A stretch of DNA of 64,000 nt from Promethearchaeota archaeon (GTDB lineage: Archaea > Asgardarchaeota > Heimdallarchaeia > Hodarchaeales > Hodarchaeaceae). The stretch lies in contig JBHLMN010000001.1 in assembly GCA_048938105.1 (NCBI GenBank), positions 352,001 to 416,000 of the forward strand. Reading direction: 5' to 3'. Shown here piece by piece: positions 41,738-51,919 of the stretch. Position numbers and translations under genes: made by a program. Numbering within the stretch: position 1 is the first letter of the stretch; every line of letters starts with the position of its first letter. A model generated the notes under the pieces. It did no database searches and was not told the DNA's origin. It saw nothing but the letters and a program-made list of their open reading frames with translations.

Positions 41738-42211
41738 TCACAGCACTCCCAATTCTTCTTTTAATTTTGAAGCTTCAGCTTCTCTTGCTGACACTTCAGC
41801 TTTTAATCCTGAAAATTTTGTTTTGAAGTCTTCTATCTCTTGTTCCATTTTTTCTTTATCCTGAATTAATTGTTGCTTTCTTTCCTGTTGACTTTTAAGA
41901 GACGCCTCCAATTCGTTAACCTGAGAATTTAGTTCATCATATTCAATCTTTGCTTTGCGTTCTATTTCTTCTTGTTTAGCCAAGCTATCCGCTAATTTTT
42001 GGATTTCAAGCTCTTTTTCTTCTTGAAATTTCTTTAGCTGTCCTTCAACATCATCTATTGATTCAATCAATTCTAAAGGATCAATTATTCGAATAGATTT
42101 ACTCTCTTCTGCTTTTATGGTTTTTACGGGCGACTCAGGTGAATCATCTGGAGTACAAAAAGGACAAGATATCTCACTATAATAAGCACCACATTTTTGA
42201 CAGGTAGGCAT
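41738..42211 (-). CDS. Zn-finger plus coiled-coil protein (paralog of its neighbour)
   Basis: MPTCQKCG...CPFC followed by heptads. Confidence 0.7.
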   Translation of the reverse strand: MPTCQKCGAYYSEISCPFCTPDDSPESPVKTIKAEESKSIRIIDPLELIESIDDVEGQLKKFQEEKELEIQKLADSLAKQEEIERKAKIEYDELNSQVNELEASLKSQQERKQQLIQDKEKMEQEIEDFKTKFSGLKAEVSAREAEASKLKEELGVL

Positions 42212-42349
42212 ATTGATTCCTCATTTCATTTTGAGCTTCTGGAAATATATTTACCTTGACTCTTTTCTTTTAACACTTTAGTTTTTTATTTATCTCATAA
42301 AAAAAGTTTTTTCATTTTTGATGAATCTTTTCTTGTATATAAAACAGAA

Positions 42350-44971
42350 TTGCTGATTCCTATGCATTCATTTCGATCAGTGTACACGACATTATTCCTT
42401 CCAACAAAGCAAGAGAAGACACTATATATCCTTTGTTTCTCTCGGGGAAAGTTATCACAACGAAAAGCAACCTTTCGAGGGAAAATTGAATATCACTTCA
42501 AACAGGAATACATGTGGCGACCCTGGCGGATATTTTGGGAAGAACAAGGAAAATGGAAACCTTATCCTCCCAAAAAAACGATTCAGGAGATTTTAACAAA
42601 ATCAAAGTTCATTTTATTAAGTAAAAAACTCTCAACAGAGGAAAAAAAAGGGATAGAACGCTTCTGCAAAGATTTTGACATTAAAACTTCTCTCGAGGAA
42701 AAAGAACTCTGTCCATTTTGCTTGATACATGATATTGTAACAATTCTTCCATCAAAGAACAAATATTTTGCTTTCGATAGGAAAATCTGTAAAACTTGTG
42801 CAATCCAAGAATTAGAGAATGAGCTTAAGACAAAAAGAATCAGTCTTCTATCAAATCCAGGATTTAAAAAGTATGCAGTATCTCTTTTAGATAAGTTACA
42901 TAATACTCAACGAGTTTTATCTGTTTTCACTGGGGATCAAGCCTTCATTGGGGATTATTCCCTTGTAAAGAAAATTGGAAAAGAAGAAGAGAAGAAGAAG
43001 TTAAAATTTGTTTCAGAATTCAACCTTCCATCTTTCCTGCTGAAATCCTTACAGAAACGAAAAATTAACACATTTCTTCCCATTCAAGTACAAGCAATCC
43101 AGAAAGGTTTGTTGAAGAATAAAAATCAACTAGTCATCGCAAATACAAGTGCTGGTAAAACGCTTATTGGCGAATTAGCTGGATTAATCCATGTGTTAAG
43201 GGGAAAGAAATTTATCTTTACTGTTCCCCTAGTAGCTCTGGCTAATACAAAATATGAAGAATTCAAACAATCTTATGGGAACCAATTTAAAATTGGGCTA
43301 CGAACTGGCCGATCACGAATTTTTAACTCTATAACAGAAAAAAGAGCTTTTTATCGTGATCGACATTCCATTAAAGATTCCGACATTATTGTTTCTACAT
43401 ACGAAGGTTTAGATCTTTTAATCAGAGCAGGTGAAGTGGACTTTGACACCATTGGTTGCATTGTTATTGATGAAGTGCAGACTTTAGCAGATTTTGATCG
43501 TGGGCCAACTTTAGATTGTCTATTAGCTAAAATTAGGACTTATGCAAGCAAAGCTCAAGTAATTGCACTCTCAGCAACGATTGGAAACCCAATTCAGTTT
43601 GCAAATGATCTTTCTTTAACTTTAGTAACCTTTGATCAAAGGCCTATTCCTTTAGAGAATCACATGCTTCTTTCAAGAAGTGAGCAAGAAAAATTGCGCC
43701 AGATTCTCAAGATAACAAAAAATGAATCCCAGATGACTTCGAGTCTTGGTTATCGAGGCCAAACAATCGTTTTTACTAACTCACGAAGAAAAACAATAGA
43801 GATTGCAGAGTTCTTACGTCATGCGGGTGTCCATGACGTTCATGCTTATCACTCGGGACTTTCATATGCATTAAGAAAACGATTTGAAATTGAATTTTCA
43901 AGCGGAAAATGTTCGATTATAATAAGTACATATGCATTGGGGGCTGGTGTAGATTTTCCAGCGTCACAAGTTATTTTTGAATCTTTAATGATGGGGAATA
44001 CTGTTTTAGAACCAAATACTTTCGCTCAAATGGCAGGGAGAGCTGGTAGATTAGGAAAACATGATCGTGGTCGAGTGATTCTTCTTTGTTTAGGAGAGTC
44101 TATTTCTTCTTTGGATTCTAGATCAGAAATAGAAATTGCTTTTGAACTTCTTAGTGCTGATTTGTTGCCAATAGAGCCAAATTATGATGAAGATGCCTGT
44201 GGTGAGCAAATACTCTCTATTTGTTCAACAAAAAAGTACATATCTCCAGGAATGGCTAATGAAATTTATCAAAGAATGATAGGAACTACTAGTTTTGACT
44301 TTATGCAAATTGCAAATAAGCTTATCAAGAACTCTCTGCTTAAAATAGTTGAAACACCACAAAGAAGATATTTAGAACTAACCTCCTTAGGTAAAGCAGC
44401 AGTTCTGTCATTTTTCTCTCCAGCTGATACATTAATAATTTTATCACACTTTCAAAAGAAAAAACACTTTCTATCAACTGCTCTCAATATGGTTCCACCT
44501 CAAAACGTTTATCTATCAAAAAAAATTCATCGATACCTTGAAAAAACTTATCATATGAGATTTTCCACTAGATTGCTTAATAGTCCTGTTCTAGATGTAA
44601 TGAGTGCCTCGCTAAAAGGTAAAGAGGCCACTGAAATTAATAAATGGTGTTTAAACGTATTTTCAAAATGGACTCAATATTTTTTCAACTGTAAATGCCC
44701 AGAAAATCCTTATTGCCATCATGGGGCAGAACAAATTGGTAGAGAAATTGTCAACGAAAGACTTCGTGGCAAGAATGTCAATCAAATTTCAGCTAGCATT
44801 AGTCGTTTTGAACTCCTAATATATCCTGGTGATATTTTATCTTTCTTAAATGGACTAGTCCATGAATTGGAGGGCATTCAGCGAATTGCGGACGCTACAA
44901 GAAAACCAAAAATGGAAAAAATGATTTCTATTTTAATTAATAAGATAGAAATTCCCCCTTCAGTTAAATAA
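42350..44971 (+). CDS. archaea-specific Ski2-like SF2 helicase (ASH-Ski2/COG1202)
   Basis: N-terminal CPFC..CKTC; TSAGKT, DEVQ, SAT, QMAGRAGR; C-terminal CKC...PYC. Confidence 0.88.
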   Translation: MLIPMHSFRSVYTTLFLPTKQEKTLYILCFSRGKLSQRKATFRGKIEYHFKQEYMWRPWRIFWEEQGKWKPYPPKKTIQEILTKSKFILLSKKLSTEEKKGIERFCKDFDIKTSLEEKELCPFCLIHDIVTILPSKNKYFAFDRKICKTCAIQELENELKTKRISLLSNPGFKKYAVSLLDKLHNTQRVLSVFTGDQAFIGDYSLVKKIGKEEEKKKLKFVSEFNLPSFLLKSLQKRKINTFLPIQVQAIQKGLLKNKNQLVIANTSAGKTLIGELAGLIHVLRGKKFIFTVPLVALANTKYEEFKQSYGNQFKIGLRTGRSRIFNSITEKRAFYRDRHSIKDSDIIVSTYEGLDLLIRAGEVDFDTIGCIVIDEVQTLADFDRGPTLDCLLAKIRTYASKAQVIALSATIGNPIQFANDLSLTLVTFDQRPIPLENHMLLSRSEQEKLRQILKITKNESQMTSSLGYRGQTIVFTNSRRKTIEIAEFLRHAGVHDVHAYHSGLSYALRKRFEIEFSSGKCSIIISTYALGAGVDFPASQVIFESLMMGNTVLEPNTFAQMAGRAGRLGKHDRGRVILLCLGESISSLDSRSEIEIAFELLSADLLPIEPNYDEDACGEQILSICSTKKYISPGMANEIYQRMIGTTSFDFMQIANKLIKNSLLKIVETPQRRYLELTSLGKAAVLSFFSPADTLIILSHFQKKKHFLSTALNMVPPQNVYLSKKIHRYLEKTYHMRFSTRLLNSPVLDVMSASLKGKEATEINKWCLNVFSKWTQYFFNCKCPENPYCHHGAEQIGREIVNERLRGKNVNQISASISRFELLIYPGDILSFLNGLVHELEGIQRIADATRKPKMEKMISILINKIEIPPSVK

Positions 44972-44981
44972 CTGAAGGTTG

Positions 44982-45239
44982 TTAAGTTGATTCTTCTCCT
45001 TCGCTCTTTATTGAAGTTTTTCGCTGATGTTTAATTAAAAAACCTAGTCCAACAAAGGCTATGAACGGTCCGCTAATATAAAAGATTACTTCTACAAAAG
45101 TACTCATTGTTCCACCAGAGCCAAAGATTATTAATCCTATAATGATCAGAACTGCTCCAATTAAACGATCATCCATGTTTACGGCCTCTTTTTTTTTTAA
45201 AACACGATCAATATAATTTGTAAAAATGATATCATGCAA
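44982..45239 (-). CDS. small 2-TM membrane protein
   Basis: Two hydrophobic helices; the start may be the later Met (MDDRL). Confidence 0.55.
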   Translation of the reverse strand: MHDIIFTNYIDRVLKKKEAVNMDDRLIGAVLIIIGLIIFGSGGTMSTFVEVIFYISGPFIAFVGLGFLIKHQRKTSIKSEGEEST

Positions 45240-46635
45240 GATTCTTAGTTTTTTTCATCACTTCTTCTATTTTATCGTTAACAAGGTTTCTAATATATTT
45301 TTCATAGTAATGCAATCGTTGAGAGGTTATAGCTTCTGCTCGAATGGATATTACTGGTTCAGTACCGCTTTTTCGAACTAATACCCAGCCATCTTCAAAT
45401 TCTGCTCTGATTCCGTCGATAGTAATAGAATTTAGAGCTTCATCTTTCAATATATCTTTGAGATTTGAAACCACTTCTGAAATAATTTCCTCAGGACAAG
45501 AGATTCGAAGCTCTTCTGTAGATGGATATTTAGGCAGGTTTTGTATTACTCTGGATAGATTTTGTTCTTGACTTGAGATTATTTCCAGCATCCTCAAAGC
45601 TGAGTATATTGCATCATCAAATCCGTAGTATTCTGCTCCAAAATAATAATGACCACTCAATTCACCTGCAAAAATAGCTCCACTCTTTAATAGAGCTTCA
45701 TGAATCCAAGAATGGCCAACGCGGGTGAATTTCACTCTTGCGCCTTGTTCTGAAAGATATTCAAAAGTTGCTCTAGAAGTTTTAACATCCACCATCATCT
45801 CTGCTTTCGGGTATTTTTGTAATAAATACTCACCAAATAACATTATTACTTGATCAGGACTGATAATTACCCCTTGATCGTCCACAAAACCAACTCTGTC
45901 ACCATCAGCATCAAAACCAATCCCTATGTCAAGCTTATCCTGTATTACGGCTTCTTGTACAAATTTCAAGCTTGATGGGGTCGCAGGATCAGGAATCATT
46001 ACTGGAAAATGACCATTTGGTTCAGAGTGGAGTGCTTTGGTATTCATCTTTTTTGATTTCAACAATTTAATTATTGGAAAACAAGTTCCATTTCCAATTT
46101 CAACTACAATATTCAAAGATGTTTTTGGTAGAAAATGATCTTTCTGAAATTGCCAGTACTGTGAAGTATTAATATTTTGCAATAGAACTGGCTGACCATA
46201 CTCTGTGTTCTTAACAATTACCATGGTATTTTCTTCTACCATTTCTTTAATTTGAGTGAATAAATTGTTAATATGGTAAGAAACCCCATTTTGATCACAA
46301 ACTTTTATTCCATTATAATCGATAGGATTATGACTTGCTGTTACCATAATTCCACCATCAATCACAGTATTCTTTACTGCCAAAAAATAAATGGTTGGAG
46401 TTGTACAGATTCCTACATCTAAAATATTACATCCTGCCTCCATTAAACCAGCAGAAAGTATTGATCTAATAATCGGAGTTGATATACGAACATCACCACC
46501 AATAATAATGGTTTTTCCAGAGCCAAAAAATGTTCCAAGCGCCCTACCTATGTTTAAAACCATTTCCGAAGTAAATTCTTTGGGAAACTTCCCACGGATG
46601 TCATAGGTTCGAAATAAATGATTAGAGATTTTCAT
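45232..46635 (-). CDS. phosphomannomutase/phosphoglucomutase
   Basis: FRTYDIRG, TASHNP, DADGDR, GELSGH, RKSGTEP. Confidence 0.93.
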   Translation of the reverse strand: MKISNHLFRTYDIRGKFPKEFTSEMVLNIGRALGTFFGSGKTIIIGGDVRISTPIIRSILSAGLMEAGCNILDVGICTTPTIYFLAVKNTVIDGGIMVTASHNPIDYNGIKVCDQNGVSYHINNLFTQIKEMVEENTMVIVKNTEYGQPVLLQNINTSQYWQFQKDHFLPKTSLNIVVEIGNGTCFPIIKLLKSKKMNTKALHSEPNGHFPVMIPDPATPSSLKFVQEAVIQDKLDIGIGFDADGDRVGFVDDQGVIISPDQVIMLFGEYLLQKYPKAEMMVDVKTSRATFEYLSEQGARVKFTRVGHSWIHEALLKSGAIFAGELSGHYYFGAEYYGFDDAIYSALRMLEIISSQEQNLSRVIQNLPKYPSTEELRISCPEEIISEVVSNLKDILKDEALNSITIDGIRAEFEDGWVLVRKSGTEPVISIRAEAITSQRLHYYEKYIRNLVNDKIEEVMKKTKNLA

Positions 46636-46689
46636 TTACTCACCACTAAATCTTGTTTATAATTTGGTATTTATAAGTTTGAATTAGCC

Positions 46690-47487
46690 TCAATCTTTCT
46701 TAACATCCAAGAATTCTTCTAGTGTCGTATGAGGAGTCTTAATGATTTCTTGTAAGGGTTGCCACGACCAGGTATAACGGATAAATGGAAAACGACGGTT
46801 TTGAATGTCATCTCGATATCTTTGGAGGAATTTCACTACATTGGAATCCTTTTTGTTTGGGTATCCTTGACCTAAGCAGAATGGAGGAAGATTCCACTTA
46901 CTCTCAATTTCTCGCAAGTTTTTATCACGGATGTATTTCGCAACACAGGATGCTGCAGAAACAACGGGATATTTTCTATCTGCCTTCTCTGAAATCACTA
47001 CCTTCTTAAGATCGCTACCAGCTCCTTTAATACTAATAATGCTAGCTCCAGGTGCATGTGACTCCGCTTCAACGCTTAAAGGGCTTTTTAAGCGCTTTAA
47101 ATGCGTTATAAGGTGTTTTAAGAAGTATGAAGGCTTTGAAATTGAATCTATTGTAATTTCTTCTGATGATAATTCAAATACAATTTGTCCAATATTTCGA
47201 ATTTCTAATAAATTTAAATTATCAGTTGGACGATTAGAGAGAGTTTTATCTATTTTATTTGCTGGAATCTTAATTATTTTTGATTCCAAGGCTAATTTTT
47301 GTATCTTTAAAGCTAATTTTGTTCTTTTTTTCTGGCCTTGTGAACCTGAAAAAAGCTTAGAATCTTTCAAGCCATTTTTTATGAGATCATTCAAAGATTT
47401 TTGGTCTAGGGTAACCCCTACAATAATAAGAGATCCAAAAACACTCCCTCGGCCAGCTTCATCAATACCTGATACCATTGAATGCAA
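46690..47487 (-). CDS. rnhB: ribonuclease HII
   Basis: GIDEAGRG, LKDSK, KAD..YPVVSAAS.VAK, GYP. Confidence 0.92.
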   Translation of the reverse strand: MHSMVSGIDEAGRGSVFGSLIIVGVTLDQKSLNDLIKNGLKDSKLFSGSQGQKKRTKLALKIQKLALESKIIKIPANKIDKTLSNRPTDNLNLLEIRNIGQIVFELSSEEITIDSISKPSYFLKHLITHLKRLKSPLSVEAESHAPGASIISIKGAGSDLKKVVISEKADRKYPVVSAASCVAKYIRDKNLREIESKWNLPPFCLGQGYPNKKDSNVVKFLQRYRDDIQNRRFPFIRYTWSWQPLQEIIKTPHTTLEEFLDVKKD

Positions 47488-47489
47488 CT

Positions 47490-48578
47490 TCAGTCGAGTC
47501 CAGTCATTTCAATTGCATTTATCGCTGCTTGCTTAGATAAACCCTCAGCTAGGATAGTATAGCGTTCTGGGCGAATCTTATGGGCTTCTAGCATCGCTTC
47601 TAGCAGAATTTCACGTTCGATTCCCACCTCACGCAATGTAACGGGAGCATCGACTTCAAGAAGGATATTTCGAATTCGTTTCCAGTTGGCTCCATGAAGA
47701 TACATCATCAAAATGGAAATCATACCTGTTTGATGGCCATGGGCTATTTGAAAATCATACTTATGAGATAATTTGTCTAAGGCATGACTAACAAGATGTT
47801 CTGAACCACTAGCAGGACGAGAGGATCCAGCAATACACATTGCAACCCCACTACTTCCCAACGCTTTCATTAAAACACGAGTCCCTTCTTCACTAAAAAA
47901 AAATCTTCCCAAAGACTTAACTCCCTCTTCTACCATGTTTGCTGTCATTTCAGAAAATGTCGCAGCATAAATATCAAAGTTCTCCCCTTTTAAACGATGA
48001 GCTAGTTTCCAATCTCTCACAGCGACCCATTTTGCAAGAATATCCCCTACTCCAGCTTGTATTGACTCTTTAGGAGCCTGACTAATTAATGAAGTATCTC
48101 CTACGATCGCAATCGGAGAAACTGGTGTATATATGGTAGATTTTGGAGATTTTGCTTCTTTAGCAATTTGCTCTCTTAAAAGAAAATTAACATAAGGACT
48201 AGAAAAACCATCATGGCTAGCATTAGTAGGTATGGCCACATATTTTGTTTGAGAAAGCCGTGCGATAACCTTTACATAATCAATAACTTTCCCCCCTCCA
48301 ACGGCCATAAGATATGTTTGTTTATCACGAATAGCTGATGCTTGCGAATGAAGGTATTCAAGCTCCACAATTTCAGGAAATACAGTATGAGAAAAATCCA
48401 AAATTCCCTCTACTTGGGGGATAATAACATTAGATGCAATCTTCTTTGTTTGAGTTCTTCCACTAAAGATCTTGATTTTATTTATTCCAATGTCTTTGCA
48501 AACACTAGGGATTCTTTGAACGGCTTTAGGTCCAAAAGCTACTCTTCTAGGAACATGAATCTCCTGAACTTGATTTAT
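47490..48578 (-). CDS. egsA: sn-glycerol-1-phosphate dehydrogenase, extended to a proposed AUA start
   Basis: GGGKVID, PTNASHDG.SSP, SRPASGSEH..SHALD, HG. Frame is open 59 codons upstream of the ORF-track start and encodes the EgsA-like N-terminus (IHVPRRVAFG). Confidence 0.88.
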   Translation of the reverse strand: MNQVQEIHVPRRVAFGPKAVQRIPSVCKDIGINKIKIFSGRTQTKKIASNVIIPQVEGILDFSHTVFPEIVELEYLHSQASAIRDKQTYLMAVGGGKVIDYVKVIARLSQTKYVAIPTNASHDGFSSPYVNFLLREQIAKEAKSPKSTIYTPVSPIAIVGDTSLISQAPKESIQAGVGDILAKWVAVRDWKLAHRLKGENFDIYAATFSEMTANMVEEGVKSLGRFFFSEEGTRVLMKALGSSGVAMCIAGSSRPASGSEHLVSHALDKLSHKYDFQIAHGHQTGMISILMMYLHGANWKRIRNILLEVDAPVTLREVGIEREILLEAMLEAHKIRPERYTILAEGLSKQAAINAIEMTGLD

Positions 48579-48585
48579 AGCTAAG

Positions 48586-48593
48586 ACCTCCTT
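48586..48593 (-). promoter_or_regulatory. Shine-Dalgarno AAGGAGGT for egsA
   Basis: Perfect SD core 7 nt before the in-frame ATA at 48578. Confidence 0.7.
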
Positions 48594-48596
48594 TCT

Positions 48597-49727
48597 TTAA
48601 TCAGTCTTATTTCTAAGATTGGTTTCATCAGCTCTTTCTCTGGATTTTATTTTAGTGTCAACATCCTTTTCTTTTTCGAGTTCATTTGGTTTTTTCGAAA
48701 CTGAAAAAAAATCTTTTCTCAATCTAATAATTTCCTTTCCTCCAAGTCTAAGTGTCGCATAACCACCAAAAAGACCTAGCATTACAGATTTTGCGAGACG
48801 ATCAATGAAAGCTATGAGAGCAGCATCCTGTCCTGGGTAATTTGGAGAATTTATAAGTACTAATGCCAATATAATCTCATATTGGCCCATTGCTCCTGGA
48901 AGAATGGGAATAATAAATGTGATATTTCCCGCACATGATGCAGCGATCACATAAGGAAAATCTATTAAGGTAAGAATTGGAAATACAGTGATTGCTATCA
49001 CATATATCATAATTCCCTCAATTACCCATATAGAAGCTGAAGTGGCAATTCCAAGAGAGAGATGGAATGGTTGAGAACGAAGGCCCTTTATTCCTGCTTG
49101 AAATCCTTGATAAGCAGAATCTAATCTTTTTTCTATAAATAGAGGAAAAATGTGGAAAAATTTTTCAATTATATCAGGCTTTATCATCATTAAAAATAAA
49201 GTTATCAAACCAAATATTGATACAAGAAAAATAATAAGCACTAATTGTAGAATAATCGATGAATCTTCAACCTGTAATAATGAGCTACCAACAAAAAATA
49301 AACTTCCAGTTATCACAAAAAGTAAACCTAAAATACTCAAAACCTGTTCAATGATAATGGAAGAGAGAGTATCAGAATATTTTGTATCATAATTTCTTTT
49401 TAATGCATACATACGAATTGCTTCACCAGCTCGGGCAGGAGTAAACAAATTAATTGCCAAAGCTGATACTACAGGGTAAGCTAATGATTTGAAAGGGAGG
49501 TTTACACCTTGAACATTGAGTAGAAGTTGCCATCGATATACCCTGATTAGCATATCTAAAACATACAATAAAAATAGCAGTAAAACTAACATTAATATTT
49601 CCCTAAAATCTAGGTCAGTGAAGTACTGGACTAATCTTGGAAGTCCGATAAATAGAATTATACCAATTAAAACAGCAATAGTGATCGTATAAATCAGAAT
49701 TGAAGGTAGTCTCTCACGAAACATCAT
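48597..49727 (-). CDS. lysylphosphatidylglycerol-synthase TM/UPF0104 flippase-like protein
   Basis: R..RW.LLL, N..TPARAGE..R, PGAMG.YE, DR; multiple TMs. Confidence 0.85.
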   Translation of the reverse strand: MMFRERLPSILIYTITIAVLIGIILFIGLPRLVQYFTDLDFREILMLVLLLFLLYVLDMLIRVYRWQLLLNVQGVNLPFKSLAYPVVSALAINLFTPARAGEAIRMYALKRNYDTKYSDTLSSIIIEQVLSILGLLFVITGSLFFVGSSLLQVEDSSIILQLVLIIFLVSIFGLITLFLMMIKPDIIEKFFHIFPLFIEKRLDSAYQGFQAGIKGLRSQPFHLSLGIATSASIWVIEGIMIYVIAITVFPILTLIDFPYVIAASCAGNITFIIPILPGAMGQYEIILALVLINSPNYPGQDAALIAFIDRLAKSVMLGLFGGYATLRLGGKEIIRLRKDFFSVSKKPNELEKEKDVDTKIKSRERADETNLRNKTD

Positions 49728-50019
49728 TTTAACAGCCTCACATCACATTAATACCTGAGACTTCTATTACATGGATATAACTGCTTATATTTACTTTAAG
49801 AGATTTTACTAAAACGATATGAAAGCATTGAAATAAGTAATTATTAATTCCTTTTTTTCTACATATTGGTTTTATTACTTACCATGATTGGTCTTGACAA
49901 TTTCAAAACTAACTGAAGACTATATAAAGAAATGAAAGAAAGATGCCTACACGAATCTTGTAAAAAATAAGGCTATTTAGAGGAATATAGGACAAATAAA
50001 TACTTGGTGATAGGCATAA

Positions 50020-51723
50020 ATGCAATATGAATCTGCAATTACCCAGTTATTATTACAAGCTTTGAGCTTATCTGAAAAAGAGATTTCAGAGTTATTAGAT
50101 ATTCCTCCCAATCCAAAATTCGGTGATATTTCTTTTCCTTGCTTTAAATTAAGCAAAAATCTTAATAAATCCCCTCAAGTGATTGCTAAGGAGCTTGAGA
50201 AAGCAATAAAAATACCTAAAGATTCGATAGTAAGAGAAATCAAAGCAGTTGGTGCCTTTCTCAATTTTTTCTTTGACATTTCAAAATTAACAGAGAGAAC
50301 TTTAAGGCAAATATGGAATGAGAAGAATAAATATGGATATAAAGAAGAAAATAATAAAACAGTTCTCCTCGAATTTCCTTCTCCTAATACCAACAAGCAG
50401 TTACATTTAGGTCATCTTCGAAATATGGCTCTTGGAGAATCTACTTCCAGAATTTTCGAGAGTCAAGGATTTAATGTCGTAAGGGTGAATTTACTCAACG
50501 ATCGGGGCATTCATATTTGTAAATCAATGTTGGCTTATAAAAAATGGGGAAATAATAAGAAACCTGATAAGAAAGAAGATCATTTCGTGGGTGATTACTA
50601 TGTCCTATTTTCTAAGCAATCAAAGAAAGATCCTAAACTTGAGGAGGAAGCTCAGGAACTATTAAGGCAATGGGAAGCTAATGATGATGAAACAATGGCT
50701 TTATGGGGGAAAATGACCAATTGGGCTATAGATGGTTTTACTAAGACTTTCACAAAATTTGGTATCAGTTTTGACAAGACCTATCGGGAGAGTGATTTAT
50801 GGAAAAAAGGCAAAAGCATTATTATGGAAGGGGTGAAAAACAATTTGTTTCATAAGGATGAAGTCGGAAACGTTGTAGTTGATCTTGGAGCACAATTAGG
50901 TACAAAGGTTTTACTACGGGCTGATGGTACTTCTGTTTATATAACACAGGATTTATATCTTGCTAAGAAAAAATATGAGGATTTCAAGTATTCTAAATCA
51001 ATCTATGTTATTGGGAGTGAACAAAATTATCATCTGCAAGTCTTATTTAAAATTCTAAAGATAATGAACTTTGAGTTTGCTGATGGTTGTTATCATTTAA
51101 GTCATGGCATGATATTTTTACCAGAAGGCAAAATGAAATCAAGAGAAGGAACTGTAGTAGACGCTGATACTATAATAAAAGAATTAATAGGAATGGCAAA
51201 AACAGAAATCATCTCAAGAGGAAAAATTACTGAATCAGAGATTAATAAAACAGCAGAAGATATTGCTATGGCTGCATTAAAATATTTCTTACTTAAATTT
51301 GCAGCATCAAAAGATTTTATTTTTTATCCTGAGGAATCAGTGTCATTATTTGGTAAAACAGGACCGTACTTACAATATTCATTTGTTAGGGCAAATAGAA
51401 TTATTCAGAAAATTGAGAAAAAACCATCTTTGAATGTAAATTTTAGTTTATTAGATAAACCAGAAGAAATTTCATTGATTAAATTATTAAAGGATTACCC
51501 TGATGTTTTAGAACGAGCTTCCCTATCCTATTCCCCACACATCATGGCAGAATATGCTCATCAACTCGCATCTTCCTTCAATTTATTTTATGAGAAATGT
51601 AGGGTTATAGGAGAATTGGATGAAGACATTCAAAATGCAAGGCTTTTATTGGTAGGATGTTTCCGCAATGTTATGAGAAATTGTTTATACATGTTTAGCA
51701 TCAATACAGTTGATTTAATGTGA
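50020..51723 (+). CDS. argS: arginyl-tRNA synthetase
   Basis: PNTNKQLHLGHLRN, KMKSREG, GPYLQY, DALR-type C-terminal domain. Confidence 0.95.
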   Translation: MQYESAITQLLLQALSLSEKEISELLDIPPNPKFGDISFPCFKLSKNLNKSPQVIAKELEKAIKIPKDSIVREIKAVGAFLNFFFDISKLTERTLRQIWNEKNKYGYKEENNKTVLLEFPSPNTNKQLHLGHLRNMALGESTSRIFESQGFNVVRVNLLNDRGIHICKSMLAYKKWGNNKKPDKKEDHFVGDYYVLFSKQSKKDPKLEEEAQELLRQWEANDDETMALWGKMTNWAIDGFTKTFTKFGISFDKTYRESDLWKKGKSIIMEGVKNNLFHKDEVGNVVVDLGAQLGTKVLLRADGTSVYITQDLYLAKKKYEDFKYSKSIYVIGSEQNYHLQVLFKILKIMNFEFADGCYHLSHGMIFLPEGKMKSREGTVVDADTIIKELIGMAKTEIISRGKITESEINKTAEDIAMAALKYFLLKFAASKDFIFYPEESVSLFGKTGPYLQYSFVRANRIIQKIEKKPSLNVNFSLLDKPEEISLIKLLKDYPDVLERASLSYSPHIMAEYAHQLASSFNLFYEKCRVIGELDEDIQNARLLLVGCFRNVMRNCLYMFSINTVDLM

Positions 51724-51919
51724 AATAATATACTTTATTTCACGTTCTAACCCAAAATTCACCATTTCTTAGGTTAAAAAACTGGTTGAATTCACTTAGG
51801 TTAATAAATTATAACACCCATGTAAAGAAGCTGGGTTAGTGTTATAAATTACATTGAAGAATATCCCTCAAAGCCTAATTTTTCTTTCTAATTTGAAGTA
51901 GAAAAAGGAAGAAACTCAT

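Noticed and set aside
46931-47536. 201-aa plus-strand ORF and other short ORF-track entries overlapping confident genes (e.g. 814, 4021, 5591, 16509, 29679, 63255, 63551)
   Set aside because: Antisense or alternate-frame shadows of well-supported genes, with no motifs of their own
48401-48578. egsA as a frameshifted or truncated pseudogene
   Set aside because: The missing N-terminus is present in the same frame with no stop
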